DNA from: an uncultured Candidatus Micrarchaeota archaeon
GTDB lineage: Archaea; Micrarchaeota; Micrarchaeia; Burarchaeales; Fermentimicrarchaeaceae
Direction of reading: 5' to 3'
Length of the DNA: 51,558 nucleotides
Assembly (NCBI GenBank): GCA_903921825.1
Contig: CAIXRF010000020.1
Location: forward strand, 1-51,558
The translations under genes and the position numbers were made by a program. Shown here one piece after another: positions 15,759 to 24,700 of this stretch (positions are counted from its first letter, which is position 1; every line of letters starts with the position of its first letter). The notes beneath the pieces were generated by a model, which did not search any database, had not been told where the DNA came from, and worked only from the letters and a program-made list of their open reading frames with translations.

Positions 15759-18449
15759 CTAGTCCTTCTTTATCTCACACTTCGTGCATCCGCCGCTCTC
15801 CTCGGCATGCGCCTTCCTGAACTCGCTGCCGTCGCGGATACACGAAACACCTAGCGATGACGCACCAGCAGTAAGTCCCAACGGCTGCGCCCCTGCAGGT
15901 GGAATTCTCGGCAACGCCGCCTCTTCAATGGGCGCGCCAGCCTGCGGCAGGACGACTGCATCCGCATCCATTGGTGCGGACACGGCAGCCACTACCTGCG
16001 CAACAGCAGCAGAAGACGGCGGCTCAGATGCAGGAGCAAGCGGGAGGTTTGCGCTCGCAGGAATGGCCACGGGCTTCTTCTCCTTCTTGAACGCCTGAAT
16101 GGAAAGCACTTGCTGGTCGCGCGAGCCATCGCGATAAACGGTCACTCCCTTGCACCCAAGGCGGTAGGCGAGCATGTACGCCTCCTCAACCTCTGCCGGC
16201 GTGGCATGGTTCGGGAAGTTTATCGTCTTGGAAACAGCATTGTCCGTATATTTCTGGAAAGCGCCCTGCAGCCTGATGTGCCATTCCGGGGTGATGGTAT
16301 GTGCTGTCACGAAGATGCGCTTCACATCCTCTGGAACCTCAGGGCAATCATGCAGCCCGCCGCTCTTCGCAATCTTCCTCATCAGCTCGATGGAGTAGAA
16401 TCCCCTCTCCTTGGCGACCTTCTCGAATACGGGGTGTATCTCAAGCAGCTCCGTGTTGTCCATCACATTCCTGACGAAGACGATGGCGAAAAGGGGCTCC
16501 ACGCCCGAGGAGCAGCCCGCAATTATCGAGAGCGTCCCAGTTGGCGCAATCGTGGTCATAGTGGCATTTCTCATTGGCGGAGCGCCCGGCGCGTCGAAAA
16601 TGCTGCCCTTGAAATTCGGGAAAGGCCCCCGGACCTCGGCAAGCTTCACGCTCGCCTTCCTCGCCTCCTCCCAGATGAATGCCACGACCTTCTCCGCAAC
16701 TGCGGCGGACTCCTCGCTGTTATAGGGAACGCCGAGGCCGAAGAGCAGGTCTGCGAAGCCCATCACGCCAAGCCCTATCTTCCTGTTAAGCTTCGTCATC
16801 CGCTCAATCTCAGGAAGCGGGAACTTGTTCACGTCAATAACATTGTCCAGGAAATGAACTGCAGTCCAGGTGGCCTTGCGCAGCCCATCCCAGTCTACCT
16901 TCGCGTCCGCAGTGAGCATCTTCGCGAGGTTTATGCTCCCGAGGTTGCAACTCTCATAGGGAAGCAGGGGCTGCTCGCCGCAGGGGTTCGTGGACTCAAT
17001 CTTCCCAACGTGCGGAGTCGGGTTCCCGGCGTTAATCTTGTCTATGAACACCACTCCGGGCTCCCCGTTCTTCCACGCCTTCTCCACAATCAGGTCAAAG
17101 ACCTTCCTCGCGCTCAGCTTCTCGCGCACGCTCCCGTCACGCGGGTTCAGCAGCTCATATTCGCTGTCCTTCGCAACGGCATCCATGAACTTGTCCGTGA
17201 CTGCCACCGAGATGTTGAAGTTGTTGAACACGTCGTTCCGTTCCTTGCACGTTATGAACTCAAGCACGTCGGGGTGGTCCACGCGGAGCATGCCCATGTT
17301 CGCGCCCCTCCTCCTCCCACCCTGCTTAATCACGTCCGTCGCGGAGTCGAAGACGCGCATGAACGAAACCGGGCCAGAGGCTACCCCCCCCGTGCTCCGA
17401 ACGACATCGCCCTTTGGCCTGAGCCTAGAGAAGGAGAAGCCCGTCCCCCCTCCAGACTGGTGTATTATCGCTGTGTGCTTCACCGTATCGAATATGGACT
17501 CAATCGAGTCTTCCACAGGAAGAACGAAGCACGCGCTCAGCTGCCCCACGGGCGTTCCGGCGTTCATCAAAGTTGGGGAGTTCGGGAGGAACTCCAGGTT
17601 CACCATCGCCTGGTAGAACTCCTCCTCAGTCTTCTTCAGGTCAGCATGCCTGTCGTAGAAAATATCAGCAAGCGCAATTGCCTGCGCAACCCTCCTGAAC
17701 ATCTGCTTAGGCGTTTCCACAACATTCCCGTTCCTGTCCTTGAGCAAATACCTCCTCTCGAGCACCTTTATGGCATTCACGCTCAGCCTCGTGTCCACGT
17801 CGTCGACGGGCGCATTCAGCAGCTCCGCCTTCAGTTGCCTCAGGATGGCGCGCTTCTGCCTGTAGAGGATGTAAGCCTTCGCCGTCCTTGCATGCCCGTT
17901 CTCGATGAGGACTTTCTCCACGATGTCCTGTATGTCCTCGACCCCAGGCGTCTTCTCCTCGGAGAACTTCGCATTAACAATCTTCGTGACTTCCTCGGCT
18001 AGCGCAGCCGAAAGGTCCCTGTCCTTCCCGCCTACGGACTGTGCTGCCTTCCAGATTGCCTCCGTAATCTTCTCAGTGTCGAACGGAGTGACCCTCCCGT
18101 CCCTCTTCCTGATTTTCGTTACGTGCTTCTCTTCGCTCCTCGGCTCCCTCTTCGTTTCAGGCACTGGGCCTGCCCTCTGCTCCTCCACCCACATCTCTAT
18201 TACTTTCCCTTTCTCAGGAACAGCACCCCTCCAGGAGAGCAGCTCCACGTCGCTGTTGTCCGTGACGACTGTTGAGGGAGTGCTCATCAGGCCGTAATAC
18301 ATTGCCTCAGCCTTTCCGTCAACTGTCTGAACATCGAAATGCTCCACCTTCACTCCCTGCGCCTCCAGCTCGTCAATCACAGCCTTCGCTGAAGGGCATT
18401 TCGGGCAGTTTTCCTGCGAAAAAAACTTCACTTTCATGAGCATCACCAT
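15759..18449 (-). CDS. nrdJ: Class II (adenosylcobalamin-dependent) ribonucleotide reductase with N-terminal thioredoxin-fold domain and ATP-cone
   Basis: Trx-like N-terminus (ENCPKCPSAKAVIDELEAQG). ATP-cone (VTKIRKRDGRVTPFDTEKITEAI). Catalytic core TNPCGEQPLLPYESCNLGSINL and APTGTLSIIAGCSSGVEP. An Ala/Pro-rich linker precedes the C-terminal GGCTKCE tail. Confidence 0.92.
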   Translation of the reverse strand: MVMLMKVKFFSQENCPKCPSAKAVIDELEAQGVKVEHFDVQTVDGKAEAMYYGLMSTPSTVVTDNSDVELLSWRGAVPEKGKVIEMWVEEQRAGPVPETKREPRSEEKHVTKIRKRDGRVTPFDTEKITEAIWKAAQSVGGKDRDLSAALAEEVTKIVNAKFSEEKTPGVEDIQDIVEKVLIENGHARTAKAYILYRQKRAILRQLKAELLNAPVDDVDTRLSVNAIKVLERRYLLKDRNGNVVETPKQMFRRVAQAIALADIFYDRHADLKKTEEEFYQAMVNLEFLPNSPTLMNAGTPVGQLSACFVLPVEDSIESIFDTVKHTAIIHQSGGGTGFSFSRLRPKGDVVRSTGGVASGPVSFMRVFDSATDVIKQGGRRRGANMGMLRVDHPDVLEFITCKERNDVFNNFNISVAVTDKFMDAVAKDSEYELLNPRDGSVREKLSARKVFDLIVEKAWKNGEPGVVFIDKINAGNPTPHVGKIESTNPCGEQPLLPYESCNLGSINLAKMLTADAKVDWDGLRKATWTAVHFLDNVIDVNKFPLPEIERMTKLNRKIGLGVMGFADLLFGLGVPYNSEESAAVAEKVVAFIWEEARKASVKLAEVRGPFPNFKGSIFDAPGAPPMRNATMTTIAPTGTLSIIAGCSSGVEPLFAIVFVRNVMDNTELLEIHPVFEKVAKERGFYSIELMRKIAKSGGLHDCPEVPEDVKRIFVTAHTITPEWHIRLQGAFQKYTDNAVSKTINFPNHATPAEVEEAYMLAYRLGCKGVTVYRDGSRDQQVLSIQAFKKEKKPVAIPASANLPLAPASEPPSSAAVAQVVAAVSAPMDADAVVLPQAGAPIEEAALPRIPPAGAQPLGLTAGASSLGVSCIRDGSEFRKAHAEESGGCTKCEIKKD

Positions 18450-18517
18450 CGCTAACTGTCTAACATAAATATTTCAGTTTCCCAGCCCCTTCCTTTGCCC
18501 TAAATTATCGCCAAAAA

Positions 18518-18533
18518 CCACTATATATTGGGG
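18518..18533. promoter_or_regulatory. NrdR box 1 (CCACTATATATTGGGG)
   Basis: On the gene strand it reads CCCCAATATATAGTGG, compared with the published NrdR-box palindrome acaCwAtATaTwgtgt. It lies upstream of nrdJ. Confidence 0.6.
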
Positions 18534-18548
18534 TTTCAGCTGTTGCAC

Positions 18549-18564
18549 AAACTATATATGGTGA
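18549..18564. promoter_or_regulatory. NrdR box 2 (AAACTATATATGGTGA)
   Basis: On the gene strand it reads TCACCATATATAGTTT. The identical ACTATATAT core sits exactly 31 bp from box 1, which is the typical tandem NrdR-box phasing. Confidence 0.6.
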
Positions 18565-18640
18565 TGCTTATAAAGCTATCCAAAGGCCTATTTTCCAGAG
18601 AAAAAGGAGGCAAATCCAGCCCCAAATCCGACTTTAAGCC

Positions 18641-19096
18641 TTAATCTTCTTTCAGTTTGTCCAGTTCGCGCTCAAATGCCTGCAGATTCCTGAAAGACTT
18701 GTAAACGGAAGCGAACCGGACGTATGCGACAGGGTCTATGGCGCGCAGCTTTTTCATCACCAAATTCCCAATCAGCTTGCTCTGCACCTCGTTCGAGGCC
18801 ATGGTGCGCAGCTCCTGCTCTATTTCATCCACCGCGCGCTCAATCTTCTCAGTAGGAATTGGTCTTTTCTCGCATGCACGCCTAATCCCCGCGATGAGCT
18901 TGTTCCTGTCGAAGGCCTGCCTGCTCCCGTCCTTCTTCACAACGATAAGGTCGAGGAGCTCAATCCTCTCGTAGGTAGTGAAGCGCTTCTCGCACTTCGC
19001 GCACTCCCTCCTCCTTCGCACGGCTGCCTGGTCCTCGGTCTCGCGCGAGTCAATAACCTGCGTTTCCTCATTGAAGCAGTAGGGGCACTTCATCAA
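18641..19096 (-). CDS. nrdR: Transcriptional repressor NrdR (Zn-ribbon plus ATP-cone)
   Basis: MKCPYCFNEETQVIDSRE...RRRRECAKCEKRFTTYE zinc ribbon followed by an ATP-cone (VVKKDGSRQAFDRNKLIAGI). Confidence 0.92.
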   Translation of the reverse strand: MMKCPYCFNEETQVIDSRETEDQAAVRRRRECAKCEKRFTTYERIELLDLIVVKKDGSRQAFDRNKLIAGIRRACEKRPIPTEKIERAVDEIEQELRTMASNEVQSKLIGNLVMKKLRAIDPVAYVRFASVYKSFRNLQAFERELDKLKED

Positions 19097-19148
19097 ATCT
19101 ATTTGGGCGCGTCTGGTTTAAAGAAGTTTGCCAGAATAATTCACGAAG

Positions 19149-20663
19149 GTGATTTTCGTGGATGTTGTCGCCGCCAAGGGCCTGCTCGCTGAATTCAAGG
19201 GGGATACGGTCGCGCTCGGAGTTTTCGAGCGCGAGGAGAAAGGGAAAGTCCCGGAGCTGTTCATCACCGCAAAAAGAATAGATGCCAAGGCAGGCGGAAT
19301 CCTTGCCGAATCCCTGAAAAAAGGTGAATTCACCGGGAAGCTGGGTGCAGTCGCCACTTACCACGCGAGGGGGCTCCCCATGCGCCTCATTCTTCTCATT
19401 GGCTTGGGAAAGAGAAGCGAATTCGAGCCCGACGCAGTCAGGCAGGCTGCGGCAAAGGCATGCTGTGCGGCAAGAGAGCTTGGGGTGAAGAAGCTGGGCT
19501 TCTGCGTAGATTCAGTTGTAGGGAAAGGCGTTGATTTGGAAGTGGCAGGCAGGCTCCTCACGGAAGGCGCAATCCTCGGGCTTTACCGCTTCGAAGCATA
19601 CAAGACGGAGAAAGAGAAGAAGGAGGTGGAGTCGCTGCACCTCATCACCTCGGGAAATGCGAAGGCGCTCGCCGAAGGTGCGTGCAAGGGTGAAATAATC
19701 GCCTCCTCAGCGAACCTGGCGCGCGAAATATGCAACGACCCCGGGAATTATGCCACCCCGGAAAAGCTCGCGAAGTTCGCGCAGGGCATCGCAGCAAAAT
19801 ATGGCTTCAAATGCAAAGTCTTGGGGAAGCGGGAAATCGAAAAGGAGAAACTGGGCGGCATCCTCTCCGTTTCCGCTGGCAGCCACCAGCCTCCCGCATT
19901 CGTGATTCTCGAATACAACGGGCCGAAATCCGCAGGGAAGAAGCCCATCGTGCTCATCGGGAAGGGGATAACCTTCGACTCCGGTGGAATTTCCATCAAG
20001 CCGTCTAAGGACATGGAAAAGATGAAGTTCGACAAGGCGGGCGCGTGCGCTATCTTCGGCGCATTCGCCGCAGCAGCAAGGCTCAGGGCGCCGCTTCGCC
20101 TCATCGGCCTAGCCCCGCTCGTAGAAAACCTTCCGGGCGGCGAGGCGTCGAGGCCAGGTGACATAATCAGGATGCATTCCGGAAAGACGGTAGAGATAAT
20201 CTCCACGGACGCGGAGGGGCGGGTCATACTAGGGGATGCGCTCTCATATTCCGCGAGGTTCAAGCCGAAGGCCATACTCGACCTGGCAACCCTAACGGGC
20301 GCCTGCGTGGCTGCACTCGGCTACGAATGCAGCGGGCTGCTGGGAAATGACGAAACGCTGCTTGCGAAAGTGGAATCCGCAGGCGGCCGCTCAGGCGAAA
20401 GGGTGTGGCGCCTGCCCATGTGGAAGGCCTACAATGAATATAACAGGAGCGACAATGCGGACATAAAGAATGTCGGCCCGCCAAGCGCTGCCGGAACAAT
20501 ATGCGGCGCGAAGTTCCTCGAGGCGTTCGTCCCGAAAGGCGTGCCTTGGGCGCACGTGGATATTGCGGCAACGGCCTGGAACGACAAACCCTCGGCGTAC
20601 ATGGGGCTCGGAGCAACGGGCGTGGGCGTGCGGCTAATCGCTGCGCTCCTCGATGAGCTTTAG
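19149..20663 (+). CDS. pepA: Leucyl aminopeptidase (M17)
   Basis: GTG start. Motifs NLARE..NDPGN, GKGITFDSGGISIKP, MKFDKAGA and STDAEGR. Confidence 0.9.
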   Translation: MIFVDVVAAKGLLAEFKGDTVALGVFEREEKGKVPELFITAKRIDAKAGGILAESLKKGEFTGKLGAVATYHARGLPMRLILLIGLGKRSEFEPDAVRQAAAKACCAARELGVKKLGFCVDSVVGKGVDLEVAGRLLTEGAILGLYRFEAYKTEKEKKEVESLHLITSGNAKALAEGACKGEIIASSANLAREICNDPGNYATPEKLAKFAQGIAAKYGFKCKVLGKREIEKEKLGGILSVSAGSHQPPAFVILEYNGPKSAGKKPIVLIGKGITFDSGGISIKPSKDMEKMKFDKAGACAIFGAFAAAARLRAPLRLIGLAPLVENLPGGEASRPGDIIRMHSGKTVEIISTDAEGRVILGDALSYSARFKPKAILDLATLTGACVAALGYECSGLLGNDETLLAKVESAGGRSGERVWRLPMWKAYNEYNRSDNADIKNVGPPSAAGTICGAKFLEAFVPKGVPWAHVDIAATAWNDKPSAYMGLGATGVGVRLIAALLDEL

Positions 20664-21518
20664 CAGGTCGCGGGGCTTCCTCATCTCCTTTATTTCCCTC
20701 TTCCTCACAACCGGAACCCCCTCAATGGAATCCTTCGCGCTCTCCTTGAGCAGGAAGCATGCACTAGAATCAAGCATCTCCGAAATCTTCCCATAGGCAA
20801 CCGCCCTCTTGCCCATCGTCCTCCTGTCCGCCTCCTCGCCGGCAATCACCTTGCTCCTCTCCTTTGCGGCGAGTTCGAACGGCGCGCTCTTCGCCCTCAC
20901 GCTCTCGAAGCCAACGGGCGAAAGGATTGTTCTCTCCCTTATCGAAACGCCCCTGAACTCGAACGGGTTGAGCGGCATCCTCAGTTCCACCCCGAGAATC
21001 CTCTCAAGGCACTCCACATTCTCCTCGCTCGCGCCCATCCGCCCGTGTTCGTATCTCCAGAGCGTTTCGCGGGAGATTCCCGCCTTCTCTGCAAGCGCAT
21101 CCAGCGTGAGCCCGGCCTCCATGCGTGCAGCAGCGAGCCTGCTCCCGTCTATGGATACGCTGAGCGCCTTGAACTTCCTCTCGCTGGGGAAAACGCCCTC
21201 CAAAATCTCCTTCAGCGTCCCAACTCCAACTGCAGGGATGCCATGCCGCTCGTAGAGCACGCCCTGCTGCAGCCCATCTCCCCCGGCCCTCGCGCCAAGA
21301 AGTAGGAACTTCGCGCCGAGCAGGAGCGAAATCTTCTGTAAGTCGCGCGCCTGCTGCGGGGTGAAGGCGTCAATGTCTTCGAAAGCCTTCGCGAGCAGAA
21401 TCTCCTTTCCCCTCCTTGCAACTATGTCGAAGCAGGCGCGCATCCCAGCGCAGCAGAAAATCTCATACCCCTCCTTCGCCAGCAGGGAAGAGGTTTCGCG
21501 GATAAGCTCCTCGCGCAT
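20634..21518 (-). CDS. Archaeal XRE-type HTH transcriptional regulator (COG1395-like)
   Basis: Central HTH_3 segment LTLDALAEKAGISRETLWRYEHG flanked by conserved archaeal N- and C-terminal domains. Its 3' end overlaps pepA convergently by 30 nt. Confidence 0.7.
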   Translation of the reverse strand: MREELIRETSSLLAKEGYEIFCCAGMRACFDIVARRGKEILLAKAFEDIDAFTPQQARDLQKISLLLGAKFLLLGARAGGDGLQQGVLYERHGIPAVGVGTLKEILEGVFPSERKFKALSVSIDGSRLAAARMEAGLTLDALAEKAGISRETLWRYEHGRMGASEENVECLERILGVELRMPLNPFEFRGVSIRERTILSPVGFESVRAKSAPFELAAKERSKVIAGEEADRRTMGKRAVAYGKISEMLDSSACFLLKESAKDSIEGVPVVRKREIKEMRKPRDLLKLIEERSD

Positions 21519-21564
21519 ACACGAGATTGAGGCGTGATGAGAATATAATAAGAATGCCTACAAA

Positions 21565-24021
21565 ATGCCCCTCATGGAAGAGCAGGGGCTTTCCTCCGAA
21601 GAAGCTGCGAAGAGGCTCGCAAAATTCGGGCCGAACCTGGCGAAGAAGCCAGCTGAAGTGAGCTTTCTCGCAATCGCGAAGGAGGAGATAACCGAGCCGA
21701 TGATTCTCCTACTTCTCGTGGTCGGCTTCTTCTACACTGTATGGGGGAAGCTGGAGGACGCGATAACCATCTTCGTAGTCATCGCGCTCCTCGTGTTCGC
21801 GGAAGTGTGGAACGAATACCGGGCGAAGAAGGCAATAACCGCGCTCTCCAAATTGGCTGCACCCAAAACGAAGGTCCTGCGCAACGGCGCCGTCATCGAA
21901 GTCGGCACGGAGAAAATAGTCCCAGGCGACATCCTCATCCTTGCCCCGGGAACGCGCGTTGCAGCAGACTGCAGGCTCCTCTCCTCATTCAGCCTCCAGT
22001 TCGACGAATCCACGCTCACTGGCGAGTCCCTCTCCATAGGGAAGAAGGAGGGCGAGGAGGCCTACTCAGGAACTCTTGTGGTTTCCGGGGAGGGGAAGGC
22101 GGAGGCGCTCCTCACTGGCGCTGGCACCCGGATGGGGAAGATTGCGGCGCTTGCGCAGGAGATAAAGCCGCCGCGCACTCCGCTCCAGCTTTCGATGAAG
22201 TCGCTCACGAAGACGCTCGTCTGGGTCGCGCTCTTCTTCAGCGTCTCCATCCCGCTGCTCGGCCTGCTGCGCGGCAATGATTTGCAGACGATGCTCCTCA
22301 CAGGCCTAGCCCTCGCCTTCGCAACAATACCAGAGGAGCTGCCCATCATCATCACGATGATTCTGGGGCTCGGCTCCTACAAGCTGTCGCACGAGAAGTT
22401 CCTCGTGAAGAAGATAAAGGCCGCGGAGGTTCTCGGCGACGCGACAGTCATCCTCACGGACAAGACGGGGACGATTACGGAGAACAGGATGAAAGTCGCT
22501 GCCGTCTTCCCTGCGGACGCGGAGAAGGCTGCGCTCGCGGCTGCGCTCGCCTCGCTCACCGAGCTTTCCATCTCGCCAACGGACAGGGCGCTAGCGGAGA
22601 AGGCGCAGGAGCTCGGCATAGCGCAGGAATCGCGCGAGATCCTGCGCGAGCGCAGCTTCGGGAACGGGAGGAACACGAGGTCCCTGCTGCGCAAGTCGAA
22701 GCACGGCTTAGAGCTGTTCGTAATCGGCGCACCCGAAGAGATTCTCGCGATGGCGAGGGGCAGGAAGGACGACTTCTCCAAGGCAATCGAGAGGGAAGCG
22801 GCAAAAGGGAGGCGCGTGCTCGCCGTTGCGACAAAGGAAGTCTATGCCTACGAAAAGGAGAAGGCGTTCGGCGAGCTGGAGAAGGGCATCACGATTGCCG
22901 GCCTAATCTCGCTCGAGGACCCGCCGCGGGCCGGCGTGAAGGAGACTGTTGCCCTGGCCCGCAAGGCAGGCATACGCACCATAATAGTCACCGGCGACCA
23001 CCCCGGGACCGCCGCCTTCATCGCATCGGAGGTCGGAATCCCCTCGGAGAAAGTTCTTCTGGGAGATGAGCTGGACGAGCTTTCCGATGCGGAGCTGCAG
23101 GAGGCAGTGAAACAGGTCTCGGTCTTCGCGAGGACGACCCCGGAGCACAAATACCGCCTAGTAAATGCGCTGCACAAAAATGGCGAAGTGGTCGCAGTCA
23201 CCGGAGACGGCGTGAACGACACGCTCGCGCTGAAGAGCGCGGACATAGGAATAGCGATGGGGATAAAGGGGACGGACGCGGCGAAGGAGGCGGCGGATGC
23301 CGTGCTGGCCGACGACAACTTCACCACCATTGGCCACGCAATCTTCGAGGGAAGGAAATTCTACGACAATCTGAGGAAGGGGGTGAAGTACTACATCTCC
23401 GTGAAGGTGGCGCTCGTGCTCGTCTTCCTCCTCCCCGTCCTCCTCAGCATCGCGTTCCCGTTCGCCCCAATCCAGATAATCGTGCTCGAGCTCTTCATGG
23501 ACCTTGCGGCTTCCGCAGGCTTCGTCGCGGAGCCCGCGGAGAAAGCAATCTACACGCGGCCGCCTCGCAACCCGAAGGAGGCGTTCCTCAACCCGCTCCT
23601 CGGCGGAATCGCAGTTTCAGGCATGTGCCTTTTCTCCGCCGTGACCCTGACCTATGGCTACGCGCTGTGGCAGGGCGTTCCGCTTGCGCAGGCGCAGAGC
23701 ATGGCATTCGTCGCATGGATGCTCGGCCACATCCTCCTTGCCTTTGTTTCGCGCTCAGGGAAGGAGCCGCTCTTCAGCCTCGGCTTGCTCTCGAACACGC
23801 TCATGAACTGGTGGGCCGCCGCGGTCTTCGGCTTCCTCCTGCTCGCACTCCTCATCCCGGCAATCGGCACGAACCTCAAGCTCGCTCCGCTGGCTCCAGG
23901 ACAACTCCTCCTCGTTATCGCAATCTCGATTGTCGCAATAGTTCCGCTTGAGATTGCGAAGGTGCTCTCCTCGCGCACTGGCGTGGAAAAGGCTGGCCGC
24001 AGGGTTACTCGAGCTTCTTGA
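21565..24021 (+). CDS. Cation-transporting P-type ATPase (type II, Ca2+/Mg2+-like)
   Basis: Motifs TGES, DKTGTIT, TGDHPGTA and VTGDGVNDTLALKSADIGIAMG, with about 10 TM segments. Confidence 0.92.
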   Translation: MPLMEEQGLSSEEAAKRLAKFGPNLAKKPAEVSFLAIAKEEITEPMILLLLVVGFFYTVWGKLEDAITIFVVIALLVFAEVWNEYRAKKAITALSKLAAPKTKVLRNGAVIEVGTEKIVPGDILILAPGTRVAADCRLLSSFSLQFDESTLTGESLSIGKKEGEEAYSGTLVVSGEGKAEALLTGAGTRMGKIAALAQEIKPPRTPLQLSMKSLTKTLVWVALFFSVSIPLLGLLRGNDLQTMLLTGLALAFATIPEELPIIITMILGLGSYKLSHEKFLVKKIKAAEVLGDATVILTDKTGTITENRMKVAAVFPADAEKAALAAALASLTELSISPTDRALAEKAQELGIAQESREILRERSFGNGRNTRSLLRKSKHGLELFVIGAPEEILAMARGRKDDFSKAIEREAAKGRRVLAVATKEVYAYEKEKAFGELEKGITIAGLISLEDPPRAGVKETVALARKAGIRTIIVTGDHPGTAAFIASEVGIPSEKVLLGDELDELSDAELQEAVKQVSVFARTTPEHKYRLVNALHKNGEVVAVTGDGVNDTLALKSADIGIAMGIKGTDAAKEAADAVLADDNFTTIGHAIFEGRKFYDNLRKGVKYYISVKVALVLVFLLPVLLSIAFPFAPIQIIVLELFMDLAASAGFVAEPAEKAIYTRPPRNPKEAFLNPLLGGIAVSGMCLFSAVTLTYGYALWQGVPLAQAQSMAFVAWMLGHILLAFVSRSGKEPLFSLGLLSNTLMNWWAAAVFGFLLLALLIPAIGTNLKLAPLAPGQLLLVIAISIVAIVPLEIAKVLSSRTGVEKAGRRVTRAS

Positions 24022-24526
24022 TCCAACCGTCCCCGTCCTCATTCGGCTGGAATCCCCTTGACTCCAGCAACCGCACCATTTTGGGTCTTGTTGAGAAGCA
24101 GATGACCCAGTCAAAATCATCACTCAGTTTCTTAAGAATCAGGTCAAGCACCCTCCCACCAACTCCCATCTCGTCGAATTTCGTCCCTATTGACTCAAGG
24201 GGGTAGAAATCATTCATGTCTGCAACCATGTCAGTTTCCTTTACATTATGCTTTTCCGCCAAGGCAATCCCTTCCTTCTCCTTGATGTCTTTCGTGGTGC
24301 CTTCCTGAATCGCGACATAGCCAAGGTATTTCGGCGTAGGCCCAATATCATCGAAAAGCTCGGGTCTGGTCGAATAAATGTAGTAAGGTCTCCCCTCGCT
24401 GGATTTCGCCCCGCCCGGGGTCTCGGTTTCAGCGCTGCCGAGAAGTGGCTTCTCCGAGATGATTATGCTATGCTTCACCTGCTCGCGGAGCTCAGACGTA
24501 ACCACCTTCTTTTCCAGGACTGGCAT
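24005..24526 (-). CDS. Hypothetical protein, possible GNAT-like fold
   Basis: 173-aa ORF. EMGVGGRVLDLILKKL resembles the GNAT acetyl-CoA motif A. G+C is visibly lower than in the neighbours. It overlaps the ATPase 3' end by 17 nt. Confidence 0.45.
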   Translation of the reverse strand: MPVLEKKVVTSELREQVKHSIIISEKPLLGSAETETPGGAKSSEGRPYYIYSTRPELFDDIGPTPKYLGYVAIQEGTTKDIKEKEGIALAEKHNVKETDMVADMNDFYPLESIGTKFDEMGVGGRVLDLILKKLSDDFDWVICFSTRPKMVRLLESRGFQPNEDGDGWIKKLE

Positions 24527-24700
24527 GCAGGAATTCCGCTGTTCATGAATAAAAAGATGCTCCGACCGGGATATTCAGGAAAATTCCAGAGAATTTCCCA
24601 TTTGAACCCGGGTCTTAGCCTTGAAAGGGCCATATCCTTGACCGAGCTAGACGATCGGAGCGTCTGAGGCGTAATTTCCAACTGCCCGGAATTAAAGCCT

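Noticed and set aside
15790-16100. Ala/Pro-rich segment of nrdJ considered as a possible intein or separate gene
   Set aside because: It has no intein block motifs (no Cys/Ser-1 with a terminal HN signature). It stays in frame with both the catalytic core and the C-terminal Cys tail, so it was interpreted as a flexible linker.
16110-18002. 630-aa plus-strand ORF, and other long ORFs opposite nrdJ
   Set aside because: This is a typical high-G+C shadow ORF, Arg/Leu/His/Pro-rich with no motifs. The minus strand encodes an unambiguous class II RNR.
24527-24700. GGAATTCC/GGAAAATTCC palindromes considered as copies of the 36-kb dyad repeat
   Set aside because: The arm polarity is reversed (GGAA..TTCC against TTCC..GGAA). 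The shared CCCGGG hexamer is expected by chance at this G+C. No extended alignment to the 35.7-36.1 kb units was found.
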